A stretch of DNA of 63,826 nt, filler included, from Squatina squatina (taxonomy: Eukaryota), in the NCBI GenBank assembly GCA_031763465.1. It is 4 parts of 4 records of this genome, joined end to end, with 100 filler letters (N's around TTAATTAATTAA, not from the genome) between each part and the next. Parts side by side here need not be neighbours in the genome. Positions count along the whole stretch, not along the records: positions 31,551 to 51,435 come from JARFOE010000192.1; 3 more parts are not named here. One strand, given 5' to 3'. Of the stretch, positions 38,176 through 49,950 are shown piece by piece (the stretch's first letter is position 1; each line of letters opens with the position of its first letter). The notes beneath the pieces were generated by a model. That model saw only the letters and a list, made by a program, of their open reading frames with translations, ran no database searches and was not told the origin of the DNA. The position numbers and the translations under genes are program-made.

Positions 38176-39660
38176 TTTCCACTTGCACACTAATGCATTT
38201 TAATTTAGGATTAATTTAATTTGAATCTATTAAAAGTCAGTTTACTGACTGAATGAGCTGGGAGTTATTTGGAGGCATAAGAAGCATTTGGTTTAAAATG
38301 GACTGATCACTTTTCAGGATATCTGGCTGCATCACCAGTGCAGTAATCTTATGCAAATTCAGCTTTGTAGGAAATGGCACGTGGTACTGAAGTATTAAAT
38401 CTCCACAAGTAATCTCATTTCTGTTAATTATAAAGTTTTATAAAATACCTTGTAAATAAAGCAGGTTGTTATCATTGCTTTTCAACTCATTTTTATGAGG
38501 AAACGGATTGAGTATCCGTTTCAGAGTTGCCAATCTACCCTGCTGAAGTGGGTCAAAGCGACAGTGCCTCATAGTCTGAAGACTGCAGCCAACAGGACTC
38601 CTGTTGTGAAGTCTAATCATACAAGTGCCGGCCTGTTGATTTTTCCAGTGACTTTTGGGGTGAGGAAGAAGCTCGTCAGTAATGTTTACTGACATGTGCT
38701 GTAAACATCAAGATGGATGTCAATCACTGATGCCTCACACCTGCAGCTTGCGCTCTGAAGGATTTTTACTTGCCGATTGATTCCCAGCCTTCAGGGATGT
38801 AAGATGTGGGTGCAAAGTCCCCTTGATTGGTGGGCATCCTGGTGTTTACCAGTCAAGCAGTGTGTTGAAAAGTACTGTTCAGAAAGCTTACCTTCTTGCC
38901 TCCACCCCTTCCTTCCACTAGAAAAAGGATAGCCAAGACAAAGTCAAGTCTTTCTGGGATTACGCTGCTTTGTATGACTTCACTGTGTCACTGGGGAACT
39001 GCAGCTCTTGGGTGTGAGCGGGGGAAATTGATCATCAATATGGCTAAATGCCATATTATTTCAGGTTACACAGTCAACCTGGATTCTTATTCAAGTAGGT
39101 GCTGCGGGAGCACAGTGCCACTGATAGTGCACCTCCCGCATGGCAAATCACTGATTTTGGACAACCTGTTGGCAGGCACAAGGGGACTGAGACATTTACA
39201 TTATTGTTTTCAAAGTTATGTTTTTATTACATATATATTGCTTTATTCAATGCCTCATGTTTTACTTTGTGAAGGTTTGCAGAGGTTATCACTCAGCAAA
39301 TGATACGGCCTCCTACTTGAGCTATGGAAGGGAATGTGACACTAATGTGTTCAACTGAATCTATCTCTAATAAGTTTTTCTCTAGCTTCTCTGGCAGGGT
39401 AACAGCGAACTCATCGCCTTCTGCCCCCTTCCACATGCTCCTCAGGACGTTCTGGCACATCATGTAGGATAATCCACCTGCTCTTCCTCCGGCTCCTCAT
39501 CCTCATCCTCCTCTCATTCTTCAGTGTCTGCTTCTTGATTCTCCACATCAAGTAAGTGTGNNNNNNNNNNNNNNNNNNNNNNNNNNNNNNNNNNNNNNNN
39601 NNNNNNNNNNNNNNNNNNNNNNNNNNNNNNNNNNNNNNNNNNNNNNNNNNNNNNNNNNNN

Positions 39661-39898
39661 AGCTCCTTGAGCTTATTGTTAAACCATACCTCGGGAGACC
39701 AGACACTTAAAACTGAAAACCGGGACAAAACTAACCTCCAGTCTGCGCATGCGTAGTCAGGTCTCCACCGGGACTGTGGTTGCGCAGTCAACTGAGCCCA
39801 AAAACCGGGACATTTGAAACATTTTCAAACAATTGTCGGGACACGTTGCGTGAAAAACCAGGACTGTCCTGGCAAAACCAGGATGTCCGGTCACCTTA
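39661..39898. mobile_element. hAT (Blackjack-like) transposon end
   Basis: Terminus GATGTCCGGTCACCTTA (reverse complement TAAGGTGACCGGACATC, compare TAGGGTGACC TIRs), with repeated subterminal (AAAA)CCGGGAC/CCAGGAC motifs. Confidence 0.7.
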
Positions 39899-39929
39899 AC
39901 CACACCTCAACTCCATTTATACACCTGTA

Positions 39930-40140
39930 TTTCATTTCTCTTGGAACCCTTGCCTAACCAAAACCTATTGATCTCAGCCTTGAAAACTTCAATTGACCCA
40001 ACATTTACAGCCTTTTGGGGGAGCGAGTTCCAGATTTCCACTGCCCTTTATGAGAAAAATGCCTTCTGCTTTCACTTCGAACTTGCCGAGCTCTATTTTT
40101 AAGATGATGCCCTTTTGTTGTGGATTCTCCCACCGGAGGA
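39930..40140 (-). mobile_element. CR1 3' fragment
   Basis: ctattgatctcagccttgaa...gagttccagatttccactgccctt is the reverse of the CR1 ORF2 C-terminus. Confidence 0.7.
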
Positions 40141-41673
40141 GAAGGTCGACAAGCTTTATTAAAACATTATGTTGATTTTTTAAAAGTAAATTGAAGTTAT
40201 TGAAGTTTATATTACTTCAAAAGCCTAATTTCAATCTCCTTGTAGTTGAGAGTTCCCTTCCTTTTTTTTATGGTGCTTTTCCCAGACTTGTAATCATTAG
40301 CACAATCTTGGACACAAGCCTAAAGTACTGATAAGGTGTTAATTGGTGTCTGGGACTGTTAATAGGAAGGAATGATGCAGTAAAGTGAAATCATGTTTTC
40401 TGAAACCACATTAACTCCGTACATGTTAATAACGAATTCGAGCTAACTGCATACATGTCAAAGTAATTAGCAGAAATCTGTTGATATGTTCCATTAGGCT
40501 TTCATAAAATACCAAAGATAGCAGGGGACCACTTCCGATGCCTTGCTTCTAAGTTTCCAAATACAAAAACAATCACAATTTGCTTAAGACGGTGCTTAGT
40601 AAGTGTTCAGAAGAGTGTTTTGTTGCTTTCAAAAGAAAACTCCTTTAATACTTCACATCATTTATTTTCCTGTATAACCTGCTAGATTAAAAAAAATACA
40701 CATCAATTTTTAAAAAAAAACTGAGCATACCCGGCATTAAAGTGTGCTTGGTTTACGAGGCTCCCCTATCCATCCCAAATGCTCAGTTCTCCACTGATGG
40801 TAAATTCATGACAGCACTTCCACTGCCATCTCTACAGCTCTGTTAGAACATTGGACGCATTTTCTGATACTAGCCGAGCAGTATCAGTCTGTCAGGGTTA
40901 AAATAATTCAGATAAATAATTGTTACAACATATGTTATACTATTTTTTTTTAACACTACTCTTTTCACCTATTTAGAGAATAGAGACAAAATGGTAATTA
41001 AGGTTGGGGTCAAAAGTAATACTTGAACCATATAAAATCTTTGTCCCTTTTAAAAATGTTTCTGCTCCTTTCTCTCGTCAGTCCTTTGCTTTCAAAGAAC
41101 ACAACTGTGTGTGTTTGTGTGTGTGTGTGTGGGGGGGGTGGTGGCGGCTTGGATCAAAATACAGTAATTCTGTCAGCTTCTGGTCGTCGCCACAAATGAT
41201 TTAAATTTTAAATTTTTCTTTGTGAATAATGCAAAATGGAGTTTGTAAGTAGTTGAAGCTTTGTTCCAGGCCCGATCAGAAGAGCTTGCTGATCATAATA
41301 TTCATATCCTTATCAATTATGCTTTTGCAGTAACCCCTGGAGAATTACAATTCCATCACTTGGCCTTGTTGTTTTGAAAAGTGTTTCATGTGCTGGTAAG
41401 TGTGAGCAAATTGTAACAATTCAGTTCTTGCATTTACATCGTATAACCAAACGCAGAACTCTTCAATCCAAGGTATCTTAGCAAAGTCCTCTAACCTTAT
41501 AAACGGCTCTCAATATACTTTCTTTAGAAGTTCAGTTTCATTTTTAATTTGACTGTTGGTAAAAACTGTTAGACTATCTTAATAGACAGATAGCAGTCCA
41601 TAACTACACTGACAAAAAATTACTGCATTTTGAACAGTTGCTTCAGAGGTAGTCTTGTCTTGTTTCAATTTTT

Positions 41674-41865
41674 GCCAGCTGTGGCTCAGTGGGTCGCACT
41701 CTCGCCTCTAAGTCAGAAAGTTGTGGGTTCAAGTCCCACTCCAGAGACAAAAATCTAGGCTGACACTCCAGTGCAGTGCTGAGGGAATGCTGCACTGTCG
41801 GAGATGCCGTCATTCAGATGAGACGTTAAACGGAGGCTCTGTCTGCTCTCTCAGGTGGACATAAA
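41674..41865 (+). mobile_element. tRNA-derived Deu SINE, 5' part
   Basis: Pol III A box TGGCTCAGTGG (41682) and B box GGTTCAAGTCC (41726), then ggctgacactccagtgcagtgctgaggga..gctgcactgtcggag. Truncated by a gap. Confidence 0.85.
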
Positions 41866-42744
41866 NNNNNNNNNNNNNNNNNNNNNNNNNNNNNNNNNNN
41901 NNNNNNNNNNNNNNNNNNNNNNNNNNNNNNNNNNNNNNNNNNNNNNNNNNNNNNNNNNNNNNNNNAATCTACAGTTAATTATTGCAGCTTGCAGCCATTA
42001 AGACCTGACGTGAATCTCTGTTCTCAACATTTGTCCTCAATTTCCCTTCCAGTGTTCCATTCAACTTGCCGCAGCTAGCAATAGATTTTCAATGCAGACG
42101 CAGTCAGCAGACCACTGGTGGGGCTGGAGTATAGAGGGACACATAATTAAGAGTGTGATACATGAGGAGAACCTCCTGACCCACAGCTGAAAAAGCGCCA
42201 TGTCCTGCTGTTCCCCATTGTGTATTCTCTTCAAGCCTCAAGTATGACTGCAGAATCGACATTCCATTTTGTTAAACTACTACCAATTAACATGTAAAGA
42301 TTTACACTAAAAGCATTTAAAAGAAAACCAGTATTGGTGTGGACTGTTGTGAAAGGAGAGCTCGAGCAATTAAGGTACTCTGTAAAATCAAGTGTGGTGA
42401 AGTTTTGTAACTTTAATGTATCTTCATTATGTAAGCTGTTGCATGAAAGATATGTGCAACCGCATGAAAGTGTTCCAACAGATGTTCAAATGCAGTAAAG
42501 TGTGTGTTGAGTTTAATTTGCTACCAGTGAGGAGATTGCTGGCATGGTATGTAACATGTAAGATTAACTAACTATTGAAGAAGTCAATAGAATCTATGTT
42601 GATCAGCTAGGGACATTAATATATCCTTGGGTTATAAATTTGTGGTTCGGGGAATGTGAATTCAGAATCAGAAGTGACATTTCAGTAAAACATTGTGGAT
42701 TATTGCATTGTTAAATGCTCTGGCTTCAAACTAAGCTTGATCAG

Positions 42745-42915
42745 ATTGAAGATCCCATGGCATTATTCAAAGAAGAGCAAGTTCTCCCTGCATCCTGGCC
42801 ATAACCAAGCATTGATCTTTATGGGATTTTGATGTATGCAAAATGGCTTCTGCATTTGCCTACAAAAGTTGGTGCATTCAAAACAGCTTACTGTATGCAA
42901 AGTGCTTTGAGATAT
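42745..42915 (+). mobile_element. Decayed Deu SINE 3' part
   Basis: gaagatcccatggcattattcaaagaagagca...atgggattttgatgtatgcaaaatggct..tgcatttgcctac. Confidence 0.55.
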
Positions 42916-45036
42916 GATAAATGCATGTATTTTCTTAATACATGCAAGTAGATTTTTTTTCTTGTACGAATAGTTGATTTGGTGTATTGCATGGGTCTTT
43001 AAAAAGACAAGGCCCAAACCCAATAGTCTGCATGCATCTCATTATTTATAATGGGTCAGATAACTTTGAGAGAACACTGGTGTTCAGTATCTAAGAGTCA
43101 AAATAACAACTCAAAGTAACTTTTAATTGGACATACTGAAAGGTCAGTTACTGTTACATTACACTTGTTTTGTCTTAATTTTCAAGGGGATGTCAGGAGT
43201 TTTGGAATACTGGAGAATTGCTGTCTTCAGAGCTGTTGTTCACATGTTCCTCAGCANNNNNNNNNNNNNNNNNNNNNNNNNNNNNNNNNNNNNNNNNNNN
43301 NNNNNNNNNNNNNNNNNNNNNNNNNNNNNNNNNNNNNNNNNNNNNNNNNNNNNNNNAAGTCACTGAATATGAAGGCTTTTATTTAATGTTTGTGAAACTT
43401 ATGACTAATCGGGAAGTTCAGAACAAAGCTATAGTCTGGAGCCGCTGACACAATGGCTGGCTACGCTCACAATGCCCTGGCAATTGCTATATTTTAGCCA
43501 GCCTTTGTACATTTTAAATCGCATATAGTTTCTCATCAAGGATGGCGCTTAAACGTTAATGGGGAAATGCTAATGCAGTTAAACTATTGGATGCTTGCCA
43601 ACTTTTACAAGATCAAAAGGGATGCATGAAAGGAGATGTTTGGATGAAAGGAGATGTTTACATTGTGGACTGTAGAAATGCCTTCAGAAGCTGTGCTTGG
43701 TGCAAATAATGGGAGGGGAAAAATGAGTCAAAATTCAAAGCAGTGGTGCCATTAATGGCTTTGGGCACTGTGCATTGATGCAGTAGTCAGTAATTTAATG
43801 GAATTAAGCATTAAATTTAAATCACAAGGGAAATGTATACAATTCTGCAGGACTCGTGTCTGACTGATTAAGGCCAAAAGCTGGATGAAGGCACTTGTTG
43901 GGAGCACAGACAGCATTAGCCAATTGATTGCATTAAATTAACCGTAAGCAGCTTCAGATCCAGTCAGGGAACTCCCGAGATTTGGCAAACCAGAGCAGCT
44001 CTTGGTNNNNNNNNNNNNNNNNNNNNNNNNNNNNNNNNNNNNNNNNNNNNNNNNNNNNNNNNNNNNNNNNNNNNNNNNNNNNNNNNNNNNNNNNNNNNNN
44101 NNNNNNATCCAGGGTAAATATAGACCAACACGATTAATGCTTTTTTATTTTTGAAAAAGGGAGAAATACTGAAATTGATACAGAGGTATACTCAAGACTA
44201 AGTGAAATCGCTTTTACTAAATCTAACAGAATTACTTTTTTCAAGACGTATTGTCAAGGACATTTGGCTCGCACTTTGATGTTCCTGTATTCCAAACACT
44301 TGGATGTGCGAGTTTGCTGCAAACTTAATGATTTGTTCCTTGGTGCATTTTTCATGTTCTTCAATGTCAAAGCACTACTTTCATCTTTTAAAGGTAGCAA
44401 AGGATATCTATCATGGGAAATCCCAAGGGAGGGGAAGAGAGAAGATCAGAATTTGTCTTTTCCATTTCTTTGTCTTCTCCCCACCATCCCTGCGCTCACC
44501 CATCTTGGAACTTCTTTGCCAGATGTCAAGAATGTGAGCAAACTACCTGTGCTCCAGTCTGGCAATGCCGCTTTTTAACTGGTCAATTGGATGTGTGTGA
44601 AAGCAGTGTGTCAGCAGACTGTAAATTGGTTTGGGTGGTGATGAATTTAATTATAATTAGCTTGATGAATCAGTTAGTTAGTTTGATTGCATTAAATATA
44701 CATTGGTGAATAGATTTGTCACTATGGATACGAAGTGGAACAGAGTTGTTTTTCCAAATTTAGTGATCAGTTCTCCATTTGAGTCGACTTGACAGCCATG
44801 TGTGTAATGTTGCTTGTGTGTTTTGAGGAGGAGAGAGGGGTGGTGAACCGAGGTGGAACTTGGTGTAGGATTGATGAAACTGCATCTGTGTGGTGGATTT
44901 GCCAAAAATGCAAGTTAGCTGTCCTGACTATTCTTTGGTTACGACCAGAATTGCCACTCTGTTACCTGCATTGGTGCAAACTTAAAATGGAACAATAATT
45001 TGGGGAACCTGCATTAAATGTAAAACATTCAGATCA

Positions 45037-45108
45037 GTCATGATCTCGTTGAATGGCGGAGCAGGCTCGAGGGGCCGAATGGTCTACTGCTCCTATTTCT
45101 TATGTTCT
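45037..45108 (+). mobile_element. CR1 3' tail
   Basis: gaatggcggagcaggctcgaggggccgaatggtctactgctcctatttcttatgttct. Confidence 0.8.
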
Positions 45109-45131
45109 TCTGTTCGTATTCCAACATGAAT

Positions 45132-45265
45132 AGTTCTGACGAAGTGTCATCGACCTGAAATGTTAACTCTGTTTTTCTCACCACAGATGCTGCCTGACCT
45201 GAGTATTTCCAGCTTTTTCCGTTTTTATTTTGGATTCCAGCATCCACAGTATTTTGCTTTTTTAT
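45132..45265 (+). mobile_element. Penelope-type short repeat with minimal hammerhead motif
   Basis: AGTT-CTGACGA-AGTGTCATCGACCT-GAAA-TGTT-AACT, then ccacagatgctgcctgacctgagtatttccagc. Confidence 0.7.
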
Positions 45266-45521
45266 TTTTGGAGGTTTTTTTCCCCTTCAACATTTTTCTG
45301 TCTCCAATCCGAAAGAAATTAACTCCTGCTGGCGTTTGGTCCACCCTCCAGCGCCTTGCCTAATTGATGAGTCCAGACAATGAGTGTTAACAGGCTCCAT
45401 ACACTGTGGGGAATAATCTNNNNNNNNNNNNNNNNNNNNNNNNNNNNNNNNNNNNNNNNNNNNNNNNNNNNNNNNNNNNNNNNNNNNNNNNNNNNNNNNN
45501 NNNNNNNNNNNNNNNNNNNTT

Positions 45522-45617
<96 letters not shown>

Positions 45618-46349
45618 TTAGGAATTAATTTCACAGAGCACAGAGGGGTGAGGTAGGTGTTACAAAAAAGAAAAAGAATTATCCATAGCGACACCAAACA
45701 ACCACCCAATAAATCACGAAACTCAACCAGCAGAGGCTGGGGTGCGTTATGGAGAACCACCAAATTAAACAAATTATATTTAACTACTCATTATGGAGCA
45801 GTGGTGAGACATCCTACTAGTGTGCACAAAATGTGAATTGCTTTATTGCCATAGAGTTCACCTGTCAATGAAGTAGTGCTACATGAACAACGATCATTCC
45901 CAATGGACTGGAACACAAATTGAGATAGTGTTTATTGCTAGCGGCTACTTAGTCAGATTTTGAGTCCTCAACAGTATTGAGGGAGCAGAAGTTCCTGATT
46001 TATCGAGTGCATCACACCCTTCTCTGTGAATCCAAATTGAGCTTAGGCAAAGGTACTGAAACATACCAGAAAAAGAGGTGATTCTAACTGATGCCAACGG
46101 CTTCCATTTCTGTTGATCTGCCTCTTAACTTTTGAATCACGGACAGGAATTGACTTTTTGATCTGGCCTCTCGCTGGCGAAAGGTGACATTGGTGAAGTC
46201 TGCGAGCAGACTCATGTCTTGGCAACAGAGATGTATTTCTGGGTATATCCATTGTAAGGCAAAGGGATAAATTCGACAAAAAAGTGACCAGTCGCCATCT
46301 TGAAATGATTAATTGAAGATTCTATGCTACAGCATATCCCAGTTATGTA

Positions 46350-46668
46350 TCACACATGCCCTCACTGACCTACATCATTCACCAAATTGAGAATTCGTAA
46401 CCCTTTTTGAATCCTTCCATGGCTTCACAATTCCTGACTTCTGTAGCCTCCTGTCCATCCCCACCCTCCTTTGTCTTACCATTGGTAGATGTGCCTTCAG
46501 CTCTGGAAATCCCGTCAGAAATCCTTCCACCATCCATCTCCCTCGTCTCCTCCTTTAAGACCTTAAAACCCAACTCTTTGACCAAGCTTTCAGATCCCTC
46601 CTTTGGCTCAGTGTCATTGGGACATTTTTCTATGTTAAAGGTGCCAAGTAAATTCCTGTTGTTGATGC
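46350..46668 (+). mobile_element. L2 LINE 3' fragment
   Basis: ctcactgacctacat...gtgccttcagctctggaaatccc...ccttaaaacccaactctttgaccaagctt...ctatgttaaaggtgc, parallel to 17150-17685. Confidence 0.75.
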
Positions 46669-47360
46669 AGTGATGGCGATGTGAAGCCCAGTGGTAAGTG
46701 TTATAGATATTTCCCATTATATCATTTATGATTCCTGAGACTAGAGGAAGAAAGATTTGCCCAGAGTTGTTGAGGCAGTAATTTTGAAAGTCAAAAGCGA
46801 TCTCATCTAAGACAGTGACCATCCATTGCAGCAAATGTAGTGGGTGAGTAATCAAAACAGTATGCTAAATATAATCCGTTTGTACAACTGAAGGATTTAT
46901 AAAATTAAAGTAACGATTAGTCGTAAATCCTTCTGGCCAAACACGCTGCGAACAATTGATTTTCAAACCACTTACTGATTTTTTTTCTGTGACAGTCACT
47001 CTCCATCACCTGCTGCACTGCAGTGCACTTAAGGTTCAAGTACTGAATTGATTGAATTCATTTTTATGGGGAGGGGGAAGAAAAACTTGTCGGTGGAAAT
47101 GTGGACCCAAGGTTAATGATGGATTATATTGAAGGTGATTGTTTACTAGTTGGTTACTTGTGTCTTGGATCATGTGACACAGAAATTGGCACTCATTTTA
47201 ATAATTNNNNNNNNNNCTATTCCTATTTTCACCCTTCTTCCCCAAAGGCGTGGACACTTAGTGAGACACAATTCCACAAATGCCCTCTACCATCTCAGCC
47301 AAATGTCCATTTTTCACGTCAACGTTGGATTGTGAAGGACATCACTACCTTCACCAGATG

Positions 47361-47362
<2 letters not shown>

Positions 47363-47398
<36 letters not shown>
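47363..47398. repeat. (CA)18 microsatellite
   Basis: Perfect dinucleotide run. Confidence 0.95.
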
Positions 47399-47402
<4 letters not shown>

Positions 47403-47516
47403 CCAGTTAATGTTTGCTGGGTAATTTGAGAGACAAATACCCTGGAATCTTTTTTTCCTTGCTCCCAAGCCCAGCTTTCCTGAAGCCAGTTGTCCTGCCT
47501 TAATGATGTGTCATTG

Positions 47517-47744
47517 GAGGCTCAGTGGTAGCAGCTTCGCTTCTGAGCCAGAAGGTTGTGGATTCAAATCCAACTCCCAACCGCAAAATCCAGGCTGACA
47601 CTCCAGTGCAGTGCTGAAGGAGTGCTGCACTGGCAGAGGTGCCATCTTTTGGACGAGATGTTAAACCGAGGCTCCATTTGCCCTCTAACCCAGATGTAAA
47701 AGATCCCATGGCACTATTTCGAAGAACAGCAGGAGCGTTCTCCC
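47517..47744 (+). mobile_element. tRNA-derived Deu SINE, 5' and core
   Basis: ggctcagtggtagc head, gtggattcaaatcc B box, and core gatgtaaaagatcccatggcactatttcgaagaa. Confidence 0.85.
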
Positions 47745-48949
47745 NNNNNNNNNNNNNNNNNNNNNNNNNNNNNNNNNNNNNNNNNNNNNNNNNNNNNNNN
47801 NNNNNNNNNNNNNNNNNNNNNNNNNNNNNNNNNNNNNNNNNNNNNNNNNNNTGACAAGAAAGCTGCAAATGACATTAAGGCTTGAAAAGGTTAGGTTCAG
47901 TTTGACTTCTTAAAAGGGACAGCTAATCTGTTAGATGCAGATTATTTTCCAGGTCTTGCTTAGTATTCTGTAATACTGATTTGTGCTTAAGATTAGTGCT
48001 GTTAGGGTTAGGGAGTGAGGAAATAGTTTGAAGATCCAGGAATGTAACCAATGAAACCCAGTCACGTTTTCATCATTACAAGGAGGCACATTTGAGCAAT
48101 ATATTAATTAAGAAAGAGTTAAACTTTCCTTTTTTTAATAAATATTTTTGTTAATTTGAGTCTCTAACAGTCTGGGTGAAGTCAGTACCTGGATTAATTG
48201 TCCTGATTTTCTGTCTAAGGAGCTTCTCCTACTAATGGAGGCATTGACCTGAGATTTTCCGAGTTTGGCACATCAAAGAAGGTAACCTTGCACTGAATTT
48301 TACCTTCACATCATCTGTTCAATTATGGATTAATATTGAATCTTGAAAAGGGACAAATGTATGTCCTAATATTTGCCTTGGCAGCTTGAGCAGCCATAGA
48401 TGCCCAGAGGATTAGGTATTATCCTATCAATTCTTATCAGACAGTAAAGCTTAGAATAGAAAATGTAATGAATTTTGCCAGCTCACAGCCAAGTTAATAT
48501 CATTGTTAAATTGTATTTAACCCACGTTCAACCTTCATTTGGATTATATTTTTTTTTCTTCAGTTTTCTCTCAAGTCTTTAATGTAAACTATTACAGTGG
48601 AATGAGAAGTCATTTTAAACGTGTTCTACAACTGAACATGTTTCTCTTTCAAAGTCCTGTTGATATGCTAGTGCAATAGAATATGAACTATTTTGCTTTT
48701 GAATATAAACTCATCCTGGTGTTGCTGTCATGTTTTAGTGGGGTGCAATTCATATTTGGTATTGCAAGGGAGAAGAATTTTTTTTTAAATGGGGTTGAAG
48801 GATAACTTGAATTCTGTGAGCCTTTCCTTATAACTTGGAACTCCTTGGGCTGAGAATGATCCTTGCTTTCCTCAGAACCTTCTTCATTCTGCCATTAAGG
48901 CACCCTAAATGACACATTGCAATCCAAATTTGCCCATGGCACTCTGTTG

Positions 48950-49620
48950 TACAGAGTTAAAATCATAGAATTAATAAAGCAAAGCCCCTCATAATTTTGA
49001 ACAACCTCTCAAACATTTCTTTTCAAGTGCAAAGTGCCACAGTTTTTGTGAGTCCTCATAACTAAAGCCTCTCATCCCTTAGTGAAACTCATCTGCATCT
49101 TCTCTCTGTATTTGACATTTGTATCAACGTAGAGCAACCAAAACTGGGCACAGTATTCTGACTGCAACCTGACCACCGATTTGTACAAGTTCAGCATCAC
49201 CTCTTTGCTTTTGAACGCCAAATACATTTCATCTGACCATTCTACAAAGCTGTCGATATTCTCCTGAAGTCACTGATTAATCTTCACGGTTAATCGCGCT
49301 CAAAATAGCAGTCCTAACCCTGACTTTTCAAATCTGTCCAGTCCAAAAAACATGCCTTAGTCACTACACTGTTTTCTGTCCTCTTGCCAACTTCCTTTCC
49401 ATATTTGCCATATTCTGTTTAATACGAATAAAGAAGCATTCTACGTGGCACTTTATCAAATGCCTTCTGAAAGTACGTATGCAGCGCATCCCCGGTATTT
49501 TCTTTATCAATGCCCTATTATTTCATCAGAGAACTGTATTAAATTTGTCAGACGCAGCCTGCCTTTTACAAATCTGCGCTGGCTATCCTTCTAATCCATG
49601 TCTTTCCCGGTGAATATTAA
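48950..49620 (-). mobile_element. Old CR1 fragments
   Basis: caaaactgggcacagtattc and actttatcaaatgccttctgaaagtac (reverse complement reads DFQKAFDKV). Confidence 0.6.
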
Positions 49621-49814
49621 TTTTATCGCTTAAGTTTTCTGATTGCTTCTCATTGGCTGACTGGTGGGAATTCTAACTGATTTTTTTGGTTTCCCACCTT
49701 AAAAAAAAACACTTTCTTCAGCCATGCCTTCAGTTTCTCTCCCTTCAATTCTCTCTCCCCACTCCCCCGAATTCCGTCATTTGCTGTTCAGTGCCCACCT
49801 TCATCGATTATAAA

Positions 49815-49950
49815 CAACAACCACTGCATGCATTTAAATAGTGTCTTTAACGTAGTAAAACATCCCAAGGCACGTCACAGGAGTGTTATCTAACAACATT
49901 TCACACTGAGCCACACAAGGAGATAATGGGACAGATGATCAAAAGCCTGG
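49815..49950 (-). mobile_element. L2 3' tail
   Basis: tgcatttaaatagtgtctttaacgtagtaaaacatcccaaggcacgtcacagg is the reverse of the tail at about 17620-17680. Confidence 0.7.

Noticed and set aside
38700-38730. miR-30-like TGTAAACATC
   Set aside because: Only the first 10 nt match and there is no downstream precursor arm.
39300-39560. Acidic/Arg-rich minus-strand stretch resembling a Harbinger transposase N-terminus
   Set aside because: Too degenerate, and no catalytic motifs were found downstream.
41674-41745. tRNA gene
   Set aside because: The A and B boxes run directly into a SINE body that is repeated elsewhere, and no full cloverleaf is evident.
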